Of a stretch of DNA of 32,000 nt, positions 1 through 14,339 are shown one piece after another. The notes beneath the pieces are model-generated. The model was not told where the DNA came from. It saw only the letters and a list, made by a program, of their open reading frames with translations, and did no database searches. Positions within the stretch are counted from its first letter, which is position 1. Each line of letters opens with the position of its first letter. This DNA is from Nautilia sp. PV-1 (GTDB lineage: Bacteria > Campylobacterota > Campylobacteria > Campylobacterales > Nautiliaceae), in contig NZ_CP026530.1 of the NCBI RefSeq assembly GCF_004006315.1, positions 159,618 to 191,617 on the forward strand, in the 5' to 3' direction. A program made the position numbers and the translations under genes.

Positions 1-4319
<4,319 letters not shown>

Positions 4320-4364
4320 TTTCTCTCTTTTCCTTCCTAAAAGTCAATAATCTACAAAATTTCT

Positions 4365-4392
4365 TTGAAAATTCATTAAAATTTGATATTAT
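4365..4392 (+). promoter_or_regulatory. Putative sigma70-type promoter for rpsL (TTGAAA-16-TATTAT)
   Basis: TTGAAA at 4365-4370 and TATTAT at 4387-4392 in the rpoC-rpsL spacer. Confidence 0.45.
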
Positions 4393-4434
4393 TTCACACT
4401 AAAAAAGTTAGTAAAATCACAGAAAAGGAAAGCT

Positions 4435-4818
4435 ATGCCTACTATAAACCAATTAGTTAGAAAAGGTAGAAAACAGGTAATTAAAAAATCTAAATCACCT
4501 GCACTTGTAAGCTGTCCTCAAAGAAGAGGGGTTTGTACAAGAGTATATACTACTACTCCTAAAAAACCTAACTCAGCTTTGAGAAAAGTTGCAAAAGTTA
4601 GACTTACTTCAGGTTATGAAGTAATTAGTTACATCCCGGGTGAAGGTCACAACCTACAAGAACACAGCATCGTGCTTGTAAGAGGTGGTAGGGTAAAAGA
4701 CTTACCAGGGGTTAAATATCACATCGTAAGAGGTGCTCTTGATACAGCTGGTGTTAAAGGAAGAGTACACTCAAGAAGTAAATACGGTACAAAAAAAGCT
4801 GACGCAGGTAAGAAGTAA
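4435..4818 (+). CDS. rpsL: 30S ribosomal protein S12
   Basis: [12 protein letters not shown]...[39 protein letters not shown] is the canonical S12 sequence. Confidence 0.99.
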   Translation: MPTINQLVRKGRKQVIKKSKSPALVSCPQRRGVCTRVYTTTPKKPNSALRKVAKVRLTSGYEVISYIPGEGHNLQEHSIVLVRGGRVKDLPGVKYHIVRGALDTAGVKGRVHSRSKYGTKKADAGKK

Positions 4819-4826
4819 TATAGTGT

Positions 4827-4846
4827 TTAAGCGAATAAGCGCTTAA
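4827..4846 (+). other. Small inverted repeat in rpsL-rpsG spacer (TTAAGCG-6-CGCTTAA)
   Basis: Perfect 7-bp arms with a 6-nt loop read directly from sequence. Confidence 0.6.
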
Positions 4847-4926
4847 GTTGTGAAGTAAAAGGTACAGATATATAAGTTATAGTTGGTTTTGGTTATAGTA
4901 GGAGCAACATTATAAGTGTAAAATGT

Positions 4927-4962
4927 AAAGTGAAAAGTTATTAATTTTTAATTTTTCACTTT
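4927..4962 (+). other. A/T-rich inverted repeat in rpsL-rpsG spacer (AAAGTGAAAA ... TTTTCACTTT, with nested ATTAA/TTAAT)
   Basis: 10-bp perfect outer arms 4927-4936 / 4953-4962, inner arms 4940-4944 / 4948-4952. Confidence 0.6.
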
Positions 4963-5037
4963 TAACTTTTAACTTGAAATTGCTCCTCACTGCCAAAAGG
5001 TAGAGTAAGTCCTGTGAAATGCAGGGTAAAAAACTGA

Positions 5038-5520
<483 letters not shown>

Positions 5521-5618
5521 AAACAAATTAAAAATGAAAAGTGAAAAGTTAAAAATGATTTTTCTTTTCTTCTTTTCCCCTTTCAAATTTCACACACAAT
5601 CACAAATAAGGAGATAAT

Positions 5619-7700
5619 ATGCCAAGAAAAACCCCTTTACATATGGTAAGAAACATTGGTATCGCCGCGCATATCGACGCAGGTAAAACAACAACTACAG
5701 AGAGAATCCTTTACTATACAGGTGTTTCTCATAAAATCGGTGAGGTGCACGAAGGTGCAGCTACAATGGACTGGATGGATCAGGAAAAAGAAAGAGGTAT
5801 TACAATTACTTCTGCAGCAACTACATGTTTTTGGAAAGACCACCAAATTAACATTATCGATACTCCGGGACACGTTGACTTTACAATCGAAGTTGAAAGA
5901 AGTATGAGGGTACTTGACGGTGCCGTTGCGGTATTCTGTGCGGTTGGTGGTGTTCAGCCTCAGTCTGAAACAGTTTGGAGACAGGCAAACAAATACAGAG
6001 TTCCAAGAATCGCATTCGTTAACAAAATGGACAGAATCGGTGCGGATTTCTATAACGTTGAAAAACAGATCAGAGAAAGACTAAAAGCTAACGCAGTTCC
6101 AATTCAGATTCCAATCGGTGCGGAAGACAACTTCAAAGGTGTTGTTGATTTAGTTAAAATGAAAGCTCTTGTATGGGATGACGAAGCTGCGCTTGGAAGT
6201 AAATATGAAGAGCAGGAAATTCCTGAAGATTTAAGAGAAAAAGCTGAAGAATACAGAGAAAAAATGATTGAATCAGTTGTTGAAACTGATGAAGCGTTAA
6301 TGGAAAAATATTTTGCCGGTGAAGAGTTAACTGAAGAAGAAATTAAAAATGCTATTAAAAAAGCTACAATTGCTATTGAGATCGTACCAATGCTTTGCGG
6401 TACTGCATTCAAAAATAAAGGTGTTCAGCCGTTACTTGACGCGGTAATCGATTATCTTCCGGCTCCTGATGAAGTTGACTGGATTAAAGGTATTGATCCT
6501 AAAACTGGTGAAGAAATCAGTGTAAATCCAAGTGACGACGAACCGTTTGCAGGTCTTGCGTTCAAAATTATGACTGACCCGTTCGTTGGTAAACTTACAT
6601 TTACAAGATTCTATTCAGGTACAATTACTTCAGGTAGTTACGTACTAAACGCAACTAAAAACAAAAAAGAAAGAGTTGGTAGACTTCTAAGAATGCACTC
6701 AAACAAAAGAGAAGAAGTTAACGAATTCTACAGTGGGGAAATCGGAGCAATCGTTGGTCTTAAAAACACACTTACAGGGGATACTCTTTGTGATGAAAAA
6801 AGACCAATTATTCTTGAGAGAATGGAATTCCCAGATCCGGTTATCAGCGTAGCTGTTGAGCCTAAAACTAAAGCTGACCAGGAAAAAATGGCAATCGCTC
6901 TTCAAAAACTTGCTGAAGAGGATCCAAGTTTCAGAGTGACAACTGACGAAGAATCTGGACAGACTATTATTTCTGGTATGGGTGAGCTTCACCTTGAAAT
7001 TATTGTAGACAGACTTAAGAGAGAATTTAAAGTTGAATGTAACACTGGTAAACCTCAGGTTGCATACAGAGAAACATTCAAAAACCAAGTTGAGCAAGAA
7101 TACAAATACGCAAAACAGTCAGGTGGTAGAGGTCAGTACGGTCACGTATTCATCAGATTAATTCCACAAGAGCCTGGAAAAGGTTATGAGTTTGTTGATT
7201 TAATTAAAGGTGGGGTAATTCCAAGAGAATACATCCCGGCAGTTGATAAAGGTATCCAAGAAGCTGCTCAAGGCGGTGTTTTAGCTGGATTCCCGGTAGT
7301 TGACTTTAAAGTTGAACTTTTCGACGGTTCTTACCATGACGTTGACTCAAGTGAGATGGCGTTTAAACTTGCTGGTTCTATGGCATTTAAAGAAGGTGTT
7401 AAAAAAGCTAACCCTGTTATTCTTGAGCCGATCATGAAAGTTGAAATCGAAGTTCCAGAAGAGTACATGGGTGACGTTATCGGTGACATCAACAGAAGAA
7501 GAGGTCAGGTTAACTCTATGGAAGATGTACACGGAATCAAAAAAATTAACGCATTCGTTCCACTTAGCGAAATGTTCGGTTACTCAACAGACCTTAGAAG
7601 TATGACTCAGGGTAGGGGAACATACTCAATGGTATTCGATCACTATGAAGAAGTACCAAGCAACATTGCTGATGAAATTATCAAAGAAAGACAAGGTTAA
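5619..7700 (+). CDS. fusA: Elongation factor G
   Basis: [35 protein letters not shown] GTPase motifs; 693 aa full-length EF-G. Confidence 0.99.
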   Translation: MPRKTPLHMVRNIGIAAHIDAGKTTTTERILYYTGVSHKIGEVHEGAATMDWMDQEKERGITITSAATTCFWKDHQINIIDTPGHVDFTIEVERSMRVLDGAVAVFCAVGGVQPQSETVWRQANKYRVPRIAFVNKMDRIGADFYNVEKQIRERLKANAVPIQIPIGAEDNFKGVVDLVKMKALVWDDEAALGSKYEEQEIPEDLREKAEEYREKMIESVVETDEALMEKYFAGEELTEEEIKNAIKKATIAIEIVPMLCGTAFKNKGVQPLLDAVIDYLPAPDEVDWIKGIDPKTGEEISVNPSDDEPFAGLAFKIMTDPFVGKLTFTRFYSGTITSGSYVLNATKNKKERVGRLLRMHSNKREEVNEFYSGEIGAIVGLKNTLTGDTLCDEKRPIILERMEFPDPVISVAVEPKTKADQEKMAIALQKLAEEDPSFRVTTDEESGQTIISGMGELHLEIIVDRLKREFKVECNTGKPQVAYRETFKNQVEQEYKYAKQSGGRGQYGHVFIRLIPQEPGKGYEFVDLIKGGVIPREYIPAVDKGIQEAAQGGVLAGFPVVDFKVELFDGSYHDVDSSEMAFKLAGSMAFKEGVKKANPVILEPIMKVEIEVPEEYMGDVIGDINRRRGQVNSMEDVHGIKKINAFVPLSEMFGYSTDLRSMTQGRGTYSMVFDHYEEVPSNIADEIIKERQG

Positions 7701-7730
7701 TTCCTTGTTTTTTTCTTTTTTATATTAAAT

Positions 7731-7758
7731 AAGTGTCAGGCACCTTATGTGTAGACAC
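7731..7758 (+). repeat. Possible REP-like compound hairpin (AAGTGTCAGGCACCTTATGTGTAGACAC)
   Basis: GTGTC...GACAC outer arms (7733-7737/7754-7758) and CAC...GTG inner arms (7741-7743/7749-7751); contains the GTGTCAGGCACC string. Confidence 0.4.
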
Positions 7759-7795
7759 AGAATACTTTTTTCACTTTATAAACTGAAGAAAAAAA

Positions 7796-8725
7796 CTAAA
7801 ACCAGTTTTTTCTTTTGAATAATATTACACCTAAGTAAGATAAAAAGAATGACCCGATTATTATAAACGGCAGTGCCCATTGTTTGTTTTCAATAAAAAG
7901 AGGGACATTCATACCGAATAAACTGTAAATAACGGTCGGAATCATTAAAATAATTGAAATTGAAGTTAGCTGTTTCATGACAATGTTTAAGTTATTGGAT
8001 ATTACGGAGGCAAACGCATCCATCATTCCGCTTAAAATATCAGAGTATATCTGTGCCATTGTTAAAGCCTGTTTATTTTCTATAATGGCATCTTCAAGCA
8101 AATCTTCATTTATTTCACTTTTTATGTTTTTTGAATGGTTAAGTTTTGCTAAAATAATTTCATTTGCTTTAATAGAGGTAATAAAATATACAAGACATTT
8201 TTCCATTTTTAATAGATCAATAAGCTCTTTATTTCTAATGGACTGTTCGAGGTCTTTTTGTATTAATGAAATGTATTTATTGATCTGTTTAAGATATCTT
8301 AAATAAATTTTGCCGGTTCTAAGAAATATTTTTAAAATAAAATTTAAATTATCAGGAATCTTTTTATAATATTTTTTTATAAGGTTAAGTTCGTTTATTG
8401 GAAGTATTTCATTTTCTTTTGCGCAGAGAGTTAAAATATATTCTTTGGTTATAAAAATACCTAACGGCACTGTAAAATACGGGATATCATTATTAATATC
8501 ATATATAGGGATTCTAAGAATTATAAGAGTGTAATCATCTTCATATTCGATATGAGAAACTTCATCCGGGTCTAAAATATCATTTATTACGTCTGAGGGA
8601 AGGTTTAGTTCTGTTTTTAAATATTCCAGCTCTTTATCTGTAGGATTTACAACATTAATCCAACAGTTAGTTTCAATTTTTTCTATTTCTTCGATACCGC
8701 CTGTTAATTTAAAATATTTAACCAT
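7796..8725 (-). CDS. corA: CorA-family magnesium/divalent cation transporter
   Basis: C-terminal two TM segments with YSLFGMNVP (GMN motif); N-terminal alpha/beta cytoplasmic domain typical of CorA. Confidence 0.9.
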   Translation of the reverse strand: MVKYFKLTGGIEEIEKIETNCWINVVNPTDKELEYLKTELNLPSDVINDILDPDEVSHIEYEDDYTLIILRIPIYDINNDIPYFTVPLGIFITKEYILTLCAKENEILPINELNLIKKYYKKIPDNLNFILKIFLRTGKIYLRYLKQINKYISLIQKDLEQSIRNKELIDLLKMEKCLVYFITSIKANEIILAKLNHSKNIKSEINEDLLEDAIIENKQALTMAQIYSDILSGMMDAFASVISNNLNIVMKQLTSISIILMIPTVIYSLFGMNVPLFIENKQWALPFIIIGSFFLSYLGVILFKRKNWF

Positions 8726-8798
8726 AACAAAACCTTCCGGCAGAGATAATAAATAATTATAATACTAATTTGTTTAAATGTCCATAAAAGAGGAAAAA

Positions 8799-9239
8799 TT
8801 AAAGGAAAGATTTAATTTTTTTAAGATCCAGCTGTTTTAAAATATTTACATATTTATTGTAATCATTTCCGTAAAAAAGAAGTTTTAAGGTATATTTGTC
8901 ATTCAACTGAACGGCAATTACCCCTTTTTGTAGTTTTTTATCAATATAAACCGCACTTTTAAAGCCGTTTATTGTTAAATGTTTTAATAAGAAATTTTTT
9001 GTGTCATTGTTTACATTTAATTTTAAAATACCCGGAATTCTGTTTTCAATTCCTATATAAACAATATTGTTGGAACATTCATATTTTTTAATAATTTTAA
9101 AAAAGTCATTTAATGCTATTGGGGCATTTTGCGGTGTATAATAATTGATACTTAAACATTGTGCAAAACTGTCTGGCAGAATATGAGGAGACAGTGCAAA
9201 AGAAAGGCTCGCTATTAACGGTAAAATTATTTTTTTCAT
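8799..9239 (-). CDS. Predicted exported hypothetical protein
   Basis: 146 aa ORF with N-terminal signal-like peptide MKKIILPLIASLSFALSPHILPDSFAQC. Confidence 0.6.
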   Translation of the reverse strand: MKKIILPLIASLSFALSPHILPDSFAQCLSINYYTPQNAPIALNDFFKIIKKYECSNNIVYIGIENRIPGILKLNVNNDTKNFLLKHLTINGFKSAVYIDKKLQKGVIAVQLNDKYTLKLLFYGNDYNKYVNILKQLDLKKIKSFL

Positions 9240-9328
9240 TTCCCGCTCCTTGATGATGGGTTGTTTTAATAATTATAAATCTTTTAATTTAAAGATGTAT
9301 TAAATTTGTGTTTTTTAACTGTTTATTA

Positions 9329-9357
9329 TTGACAATGAAAAATAAAAGTTATAAAAT
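9329..9357 (+). promoter_or_regulatory. Putative sigma70 promoter for modD (TTGACA-17-TAAAAT)
   Basis: TTGACA 9329-9334, TAAAAT 9352-9357, 17-bp spacer. Confidence 0.65.
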
Positions 9358-9358
9358 G

Positions 9359-9382
9359 CGTTATATACAATTTTATATAACG
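9359..9382 (+). promoter_or_regulatory. ModE-type operator, box 1 (CGTTATATACAATTTTATATAACG)
   Basis: Perfect 8-bp palindromic arms CGTTATAT/ATATAACG, 24-bp span, directly downstream of the modD -10; matches the known ModE site style. Confidence 0.75.
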
Positions 9383-9396
9383 AATAAGGAGTGTTA

Positions 9397-10224
9397 ATGT
9401 TTTACACCTACGAAGAAATTGACAGGCTTGTTTCTGAAGATATGCCGTTTTTTGATTTGACTCAGAAACTTCTGGATATAAAAGAAAAAGGAAAAATTTC
9501 ATTTTTTACCAGAAAAGACTGTATTGTAACTGCAAGTGAGCTTATAGAAAAACTGGCAAAAAAACTTGAGCTTAAAGTAGTATTTAAAGAAAAAGACGGA
9601 CGATTTGTTAAAGCCGGAAGCAAACTGTTTGAAGCAGAAGGAGAAAATGTACTGATTTTATGGAAAGTTGCTCAAAATATATATGAATATGCATTAAGCG
9701 TGTCTACATATGTACATGAGATGACCGCAAAAGCCAGAAAACACAATCCAAACATAGAAATACTTACAACCAGAAAGGTAATTCCTTTTACTAAAAAGGT
9801 TGCATTACAGGCTGTTATCGACGGAGGAGGGCTGCCTCATAGGGTGACAACAACAGAAACGATACTTATTTTTGAAAATTACATTAACCTTTATGGAGGA
9901 TGGGATAAGTTTTATAAAAATTTCGAGAAATTAAAACATAAATCTATAGAAAAAAAATGGGTAGTGGAAGCGAAAAATTTTGAACATGCCAAAAAACTTG
10001 TAGAAATAGGAGTGGATGTTTTACAGCTTGATAAACTGGATATTGAAACAACAGAAAAAATTGTAGAAATCGCGCATGAAAAAAATATAAAAGTGATAAG
10101 TGCCGGAGGAATTAATATAAATAATGTGGAAGAATATGCAAAAGCGGGAGTAGACAGTATCGTTACAACCGCTCCTTATTTTGCTAAAGGAGCGGATGTG
10201 AAGGTTGTTATAGAGTCTTTTTAA
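9397..10224 (+). CDS. modD: ModD, NadC-like (quinolinate phosphoribosyltransferase family) molybdate-locus protein
   Basis: NadC-fold sequence (TTRKVIPFTKKVALQAVIDGGGLPHRVTTTETILIF, GVDVLQLDKLD) distinct from the nadC at 18962; SD AAGGAG 9386-9391 points to ATG 9397 rather than the upstream GTG at 9391. Confidence 0.85.
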   Translation: MFYTYEEIDRLVSEDMPFFDLTQKLLDIKEKGKISFFTRKDCIVTASELIEKLAKKLELKVVFKEKDGRFVKAGSKLFEAEGENVLILWKVAQNIYEYALSVSTYVHEMTAKARKHNPNIEILTTRKVIPFTKKVALQAVIDGGGLPHRVTTTETILIFENYINLYGGWDKFYKNFEKLKHKSIEKKWVVEAKNFEHAKKLVEIGVDVLQLDKLDIETTEKIVEIAHEKNIKVISAGGININNVEEYAKAGVDSIVTTAPYFAKGADVKVVIESF

Positions 10225-10603
10225 GCTCTTTTACCCAGCCTTCCATTACTTCGTTTGCGATTAATGCAGGAGCTTCTAGAAAAGCTATTTCAAATTTTTC
10301 AGTATATTCCGTTACGCTGATACTTCTTGGTCTTGCTGCTGTGATTTTACCGTTTGGAAGTTTGTTTCCAAAACAGAAAAGAACCAATTTGCAGTCTTTT
10401 ATTTCCGGATTGATTTCACCGTTTTCAAGCGATGAGGTGTGTGCGTAATGATCGAATTCACCGATATATGTACAAACAGGGTGTGAATTGATTTTTTCTT
10501 TGAAAAATTCGATAATTTCCTGAGCCGTTTTATAATGAGTTTCATTTTTTTCTACGTCTAATACGAATACAGGATATTTTTCCTGAACTATCATCTGTTG
10601 CAT
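10208..10603 (-). CDS. Conserved small protein of unknown function
   Basis: ORF reaches 10636, but AAGGAG just upstream supports the ATG at 10603 (MQQMIVQEKYPVFVLDVEKNETHYKT...). Confidence 0.7.
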   Translation of the reverse strand: MQQMIVQEKYPVFVLDVEKNETHYKTAQEIIEFFKEKINSHPVCTYIGEFDHYAHTSSLENGEINPEIKDCKLVLFCFGNKLPNGKITAARPRSISVTEYTEKFEIAFLEAPALIANEVMEGWVKELKKTL

Positions 10604-10736
10604 ATATTCTCCTTTTTTTGGAGCGAAGTGTATCATAAATAAGGATAAATTATATCTGTTATAAGTAAAAATTATGTAATAAAAATATTTTAAATTTTTT
10701 TACAGTATTAAAGTGCTATAATTTCAACAAAAAAGG

Positions 10737-11045
10737 GTGAACATGGCTTATATGCTTATAATAGACAATGAAAATAAAAAAATAGAAATTCACTCTGATA
10801 TGTGTGACGTTGTTTTTGACAAAAAAGAAGAGCTTTTTCTTGATCCGAACTGGGAATTTATTCCGTTTCATTACTATTCCGAAATAGAGGAATATTTAAA
10901 CAATACGGAAGATTTTGAAGTTGTAGAATGTGAAATATGCAAACCTGTAGAAAATAAAGAGTCTCTTGATGAAGATTATGATGATATTTACGAAGAATTT
11001 GACGAAGATGAAGATTATGACGACACAAGATGTGATATAATATAG
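10737..11045 (+). CDS. Small acidic protein with Asp/Glu-rich tail
   Basis: 102 aa, AAGGGTG SD region, tail DEDYDDIYEEFDEDEDYDDTRCDII. Confidence 0.65.
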   Translation: MNMAYMLIIDNENKKIEIHSDMCDVVFDKKEELFLDPNWEFIPFHYYSEIEEYLNNTEDFEVVECEICKPVENKESLDEDYDDIYEEFDEDEDYDDTRCDII

Positions 11046-11071
11046 TTACAAAATATTTAAAAGGAGAAGAT

Positions 11072-11311
11072 ATGTTTAAAGAATGTTGCCCTGAATTAAT
11101 ACCTGTTATGGAACAAGTTGCGGCAGAAAATCCACATATAGCTAAATTAATCGAAAGACATCAAGAACTTAATAAAATAATTGATGAAGTTGAAGCAGGA
11201 AGAGAGCATATGGACGAACTTGAGCTTGAAAAACTTAAAAAAGAAAAACTTCATATTAAAGACGAAGTGTATGCGGCGGTAGTCGAATATAAAAAAGAAA
11301 AAGGAATTTAA
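11072..11311 (+). CDS. DUF465/YdcH-family small coiled-coil protein
   Basis: 79 aa; HIAKLIERHQELNKIIDEVE...LEKLKKEKLHIKDEVYAAV pattern; AAGGAG SD. Confidence 0.8.
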   Translation: MFKECCPELIPVMEQVAAENPHIAKLIERHQELNKIIDEVEAGREHMDELELEKLKKEKLHIKDEVYAAVVEYKKEKGI

Positions 11312-11382
11312 TCCTTTTTCGCAATTTTTTTCTATCTTAATATCTGACTTTCTTATATACTTTCCCAAAAAAAGGTGTTGTC

Positions 11383-12606
11383 ATGTATACCGCAAAAGAG
11401 ATTTTAATTTCTCAGATAAAACCTGCCCTAGGTTGTACCGAACCGGCTGCCATAGCTTTAAACGCAGCATATTTAAAAGATCTTACTGATGTGGACGGGA
11501 AAATAAATTTGACTATCAATACCAATTTGTTAAAAAACGCAATGTATGTTCCTATTCCGAATACAGGCAGAAGATTTGGAGTTAAATTTGCTTTTGCTTT
11601 AGGACTTTTGTGCGGAAATAAAGAAAACGGACTGAATGTTTTTGAGACAGTTACCGAAGAATGTATAAAAAAAGCTGCCGAAATGGAAAAAAATATAAAT
11701 CTTGAAATCGTAAAAGGCAGTGAAATTTTTATAAAAAGCTCTTATAAGGGGTATGAGGTTTTAACGAAGACGTTTCATGACAATATAGAAAATATAAAAA
11801 CCCCAAAAAAGGAAATAAAACTTGTAAACAGACAGGAAAGTGCAGATACCGGTGTTATAGAAAAGTGGCTTAAAAATCAGGATTTCGAAGTATTATATGA
11901 TCTTGTGGAAAAAGAAGATGATTTCTCTTTTATTGAAGATGTTATAAATATGAATATGAAACTTTCAAAAATTGGACTAGAAGAAGACTGTGCACTTAAT
12001 ATCGGTAAAAGTTTTACAGGTAATGATGTAAAATCGAAAATTATTTCATATGCCACCTCTGCTTCTGATGCGAGAATGGAAGGGGTTAATTTCCCTGCCA
12101 TGAGTCTGGTTGGAAGCGGAAATCACGGAATAAGCGCAACACTTCCCGTATGGATATACGCCAGTGAAAAGGGATTTTCAAAACATGAGACTTTCAGAGC
12201 TTTGGCTCTTAGCATGTTAATTACGGTATATGTGAAACTTTTTATAGGCAGACTTTCAGCTATATGCGGCGCCGCATTTGCAAGCGGATGTGGTGTTGCC
12301 GGGGCAATATCATATCTTGAAAGTAAAAACAGAAATATCTCAAAAAACGCCGTATCGTATCTGATACAGACAATAAACGGAGTAATTTGCGACGGTGCTA
12401 AAATGGGATGTTCTTTAAAAGTAATGCTCGGGGCTCAAAGCGGATATGAGGCTGCTGTTTTTGCATTGGAAAACAAGCCGGTTTTCAGTGACGGTATTTT
12501 AGAAGAAAATATAACAAACAGTATTAAAAATCTTAAAAATGTCTCAGATGCAATGAGCGGCGTTGATGATGCGATTGTCGATGTAATGAGAAATAAAGTT
12601 ATTTAG
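11383..12606 (+). CDS. L-cysteine desulfidase-like / UPF0597 (YhaM/CyuA) family protein
   Basis: KPALGCTEPAAIALNAAYLK..., SGNHGISATLPVW, CGVAGAISYL, cysteine-rich C-terminal GVICDGAKMGCSLK. Confidence 0.85.
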   Translation: MYTAKEILISQIKPALGCTEPAAIALNAAYLKDLTDVDGKINLTINTNLLKNAMYVPIPNTGRRFGVKFAFALGLLCGNKENGLNVFETVTEECIKKAAEMEKNINLEIVKGSEIFIKSSYKGYEVLTKTFHDNIENIKTPKKEIKLVNRQESADTGVIEKWLKNQDFEVLYDLVEKEDDFSFIEDVINMNMKLSKIGLEEDCALNIGKSFTGNDVKSKIISYATSASDARMEGVNFPAMSLVGSGNHGISATLPVWIYASEKGFSKHETFRALALSMLITVYVKLFIGRLSAICGAAFASGCGVAGAISYLESKNRNISKNAVSYLIQTINGVICDGAKMGCSLKVMLGAQSGYEAAVFALENKPVFSDGILEENITNSIKNLKNVSDAMSGVDDAIVDVMRNKVI

Positions 12607-13129
12607 AGAGTTTAAAATATCTGCTTTTGAGTAGACTCCTTACCGTTATGATTTTTTTATTGTTAAATTTATAAAGGTATGCATAAATGTGCCGGCCTAA
12701 AAGTTTATAATATATATAATCAACAAGTTCAGTGCAGTAATATTTATTATTAGTCAGACTGATTTGAGTATCAAATTCTATTTTTTGTTTTTTTAAAGTG
12801 TTAATAATTTTTTTTAATTTTTTTTGGTTTATCTTAAACAAGGGTTCTAAAATCACATAAGATGATGCAAGAGACAGGAATGATTTTAAAGGCACTATTT
12901 TTAAATTTTCGCCTTTTTTTTCATATTCGATATTGCAGACGTACGTTTTTTTGTTTTTAATAATGATAATACCGGAGTGGGAATATCCGCAGGGATCAAT
13001 TTGAGAGAAAAGATTGCTTAATATGTTTGATTCTTTTCTAAGGATAATATCTCCTGTTTTTAATACAGGATGTGCATATAAAAAACAGAAAAAGAAAGTA
13101 AAAATTATTTTTTTATATTTACTTTCCAT
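12599..13129 (-). CDS. YiiX/NlpC-like permuted papain-fold protein, exported
   Basis: N-terminal signal; GDIILRKESN, YSHSGIIII and YYCTELVDYIYYK motifs. Confidence 0.75.
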   Translation of the reverse strand: MESKYKKIIFTFFFCFLYAHPVLKTGDIILRKESNILSNLFSQIDPCGYSHSGIIIIKNKKTYVCNIEYEKKGENLKIVPLKSFLSLASSYVILEPLFKINQKKLKKIINTLKKQKIEFDTQISLTNNKYYCTELVDYIYYKLLGRHIYAYLYKFNNKKIITVRSLLKSRYFKLSK

Positions 13130-13503
13130 CCGTCTTTCGTTTCTACTACCGGAATGCTTTCATTGGTTACTTTCCCGTTAGCCAGAGTCTCTTTTAAAGT
13201 AACGAGAGCTTCTTTGCCGTTTTTTTTCACACCCACGACTTCTACGGATTTTAAGTTTTCACCAATTTTTTTCAGACATTTAGGCATATCGTTGTTCATT
13301 TCTTCCTGTGAACACTTCATAGCCATTGCCAGGGTGAAAAGCTCTTTTGTGGAATCTGTGGAATACTGTTTGAATGCGTTTGTGTCTCCATTAATAAATG
13401 AAGAAATGAATTCTTTTGCAGCAGTTTCAGGCGAATTTTTTTTGCTGCACCCCGTAAAAATCAATACGGCTGTAAATAATACAGCCAATAGCCCCTTTTT
13501 CAT
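13105..13503 (-). CDS. Small lipoprotein, DUF4878-like
   Basis: Lipobox LIFTGCS; NTF2-like AAKEFISSFINGDTNAFKQY... GKVTNESIPVVETKDGWKVNI. Confidence 0.75.
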   Translation of the reverse strand: MKKGLLAVLFTAVLIFTGCSKKNSPETAAKEFISSFINGDTNAFKQYSTDSTKELFTLAMAMKCSQEEMNNDMPKCLKKIGENLKSVEVVGVKKNGKEALVTLKETLANGKVTNESIPVVETKDGWKVNIKK

Positions 13504-13546
13504 TCTTTCTCCTTTTATTTAGTAGAATAAAAATTATATCTAAATA

Positions 13547-13575
13547 TTGACTATCAGTAAAAATATAATTATAAT
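13547..13575 (+). promoter_or_regulatory. Putative sigma70 promoter for modA (TTGACT-17-TATAAT)
   Basis: TTGACT 13547-13552, TATAAT 13570-13575, 17-bp spacer. Confidence 0.75.
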
Positions 13576-13577
13576 AG

Positions 13578-13601
13578 CGCTATATTTAAAAATATATAAC
13601 G
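13578..13601 (+). promoter_or_regulatory. ModE-type operator, box 2 (CGCTATATTTAAAAATATATAACG)
   Basis: 24-bp span, arms CGCTATAT/ATATAACG, overlapping predicted +1 of the modA promoter. Confidence 0.8.
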
Positions 13602-13613
13602 AAAGGCGATACA

Positions 13614-14330
13614 ATGATTAAACTGCTGCTGATATTGATTTCTTTTATTTTTTCATTTGCTTCCGAAATATATGTGGCTGCTGCTGCAAACACAACATAT
13701 GCAATGCCAGAAATAATTAAAAAATTCAATCAAAAATATCCTGATGTAAAGGTAAATGTTATTCTGGCAAGCAGCGGTAAACTTACGGCACAGATTATGC
13801 ACGGTGCGGAATATGACGTATTTATGGCCGCTAATATGAAATACCCCGAGTTTTTATATAAAAAAGGAATTGCTAAAAGCAAACCGAAAATTTATGCAAA
13901 AGGGGCAATAGCTCTTTTCAGCGTAAAAAATATTAAACTTGATAATTTCAAAAAAGCTCTGTTAAATGCAAAATCTATAGCCATTGCAAATCCTAAAACG
14001 GCGCCTTACGGAAGAGCAGCCGTAGAAGCGATGAAGAATGCCGGTATATACGGTAATGTTAAAAACAGGCTTATTTTTGCCGAAACTGTAAGTGCCGTTA
14101 TTCCGTATACTGTTAATTCCGCAGATATAGGGATTGTTGCAAAAAGTTCACTTTTTTCCCCTAAAATGAAAAAATACAAAAATTTTGCAGACGTTCCCAA
14201 ATCTCTTTATAAACCTATAAATCAGGGTATAATAATGCTTAACAACAAAAAAGGCACGGTTAAGTTTTATAATTTTATTTTTTCAGACGACGCTAAAGAA
14301 GTGTTTAAAAAATACGGGTATATATTTTAA
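13614..14330 (+). CDS. modA: Molybdate ABC transporter substrate-binding protein
   Basis: YVAAAANTTYAMPEIIKKFNQKYPDVKVNVILASSGKLTAQI, ANPKTAPYGRAAVEAM; signal peptide. Confidence 0.93.
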   Translation: MIKLLLILISFIFSFASEIYVAAAANTTYAMPEIIKKFNQKYPDVKVNVILASSGKLTAQIMHGAEYDVFMAANMKYPEFLYKKGIAKSKPKIYAKGAIALFSVKNIKLDNFKKALLNAKSIAIANPKTAPYGRAAVEAMKNAGIYGNVKNRLIFAETVSAVIPYTVNSADIGIVAKSSLFSPKMKKYKNFADVPKSLYKPINQGIIMLNNKKGTVKFYNFIFSDDAKEVFKKYGYIF

Positions 14331-14339
14331 AGGATTTTT

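Noticed and set aside
7790-7815. AAAAACT-AAAACC-AGTTTTT short hairpin at the fusA/corA convergent junction as an intrinsic terminator
   Set aside because: Stem is only 7 bp and A/T-rich and overlaps the corA stop; could be a weak terminator but cannot be supported from sequence alone.
10637-13600. Searched for CRISPR arrays, tRNA-like cloverleafs or mobile elements in the variable-looking small-gene region
   Set aside because: No regularly spaced direct repeats, no CCA-ended tRNA-like structure and no transposase or integrase motifs were seen.
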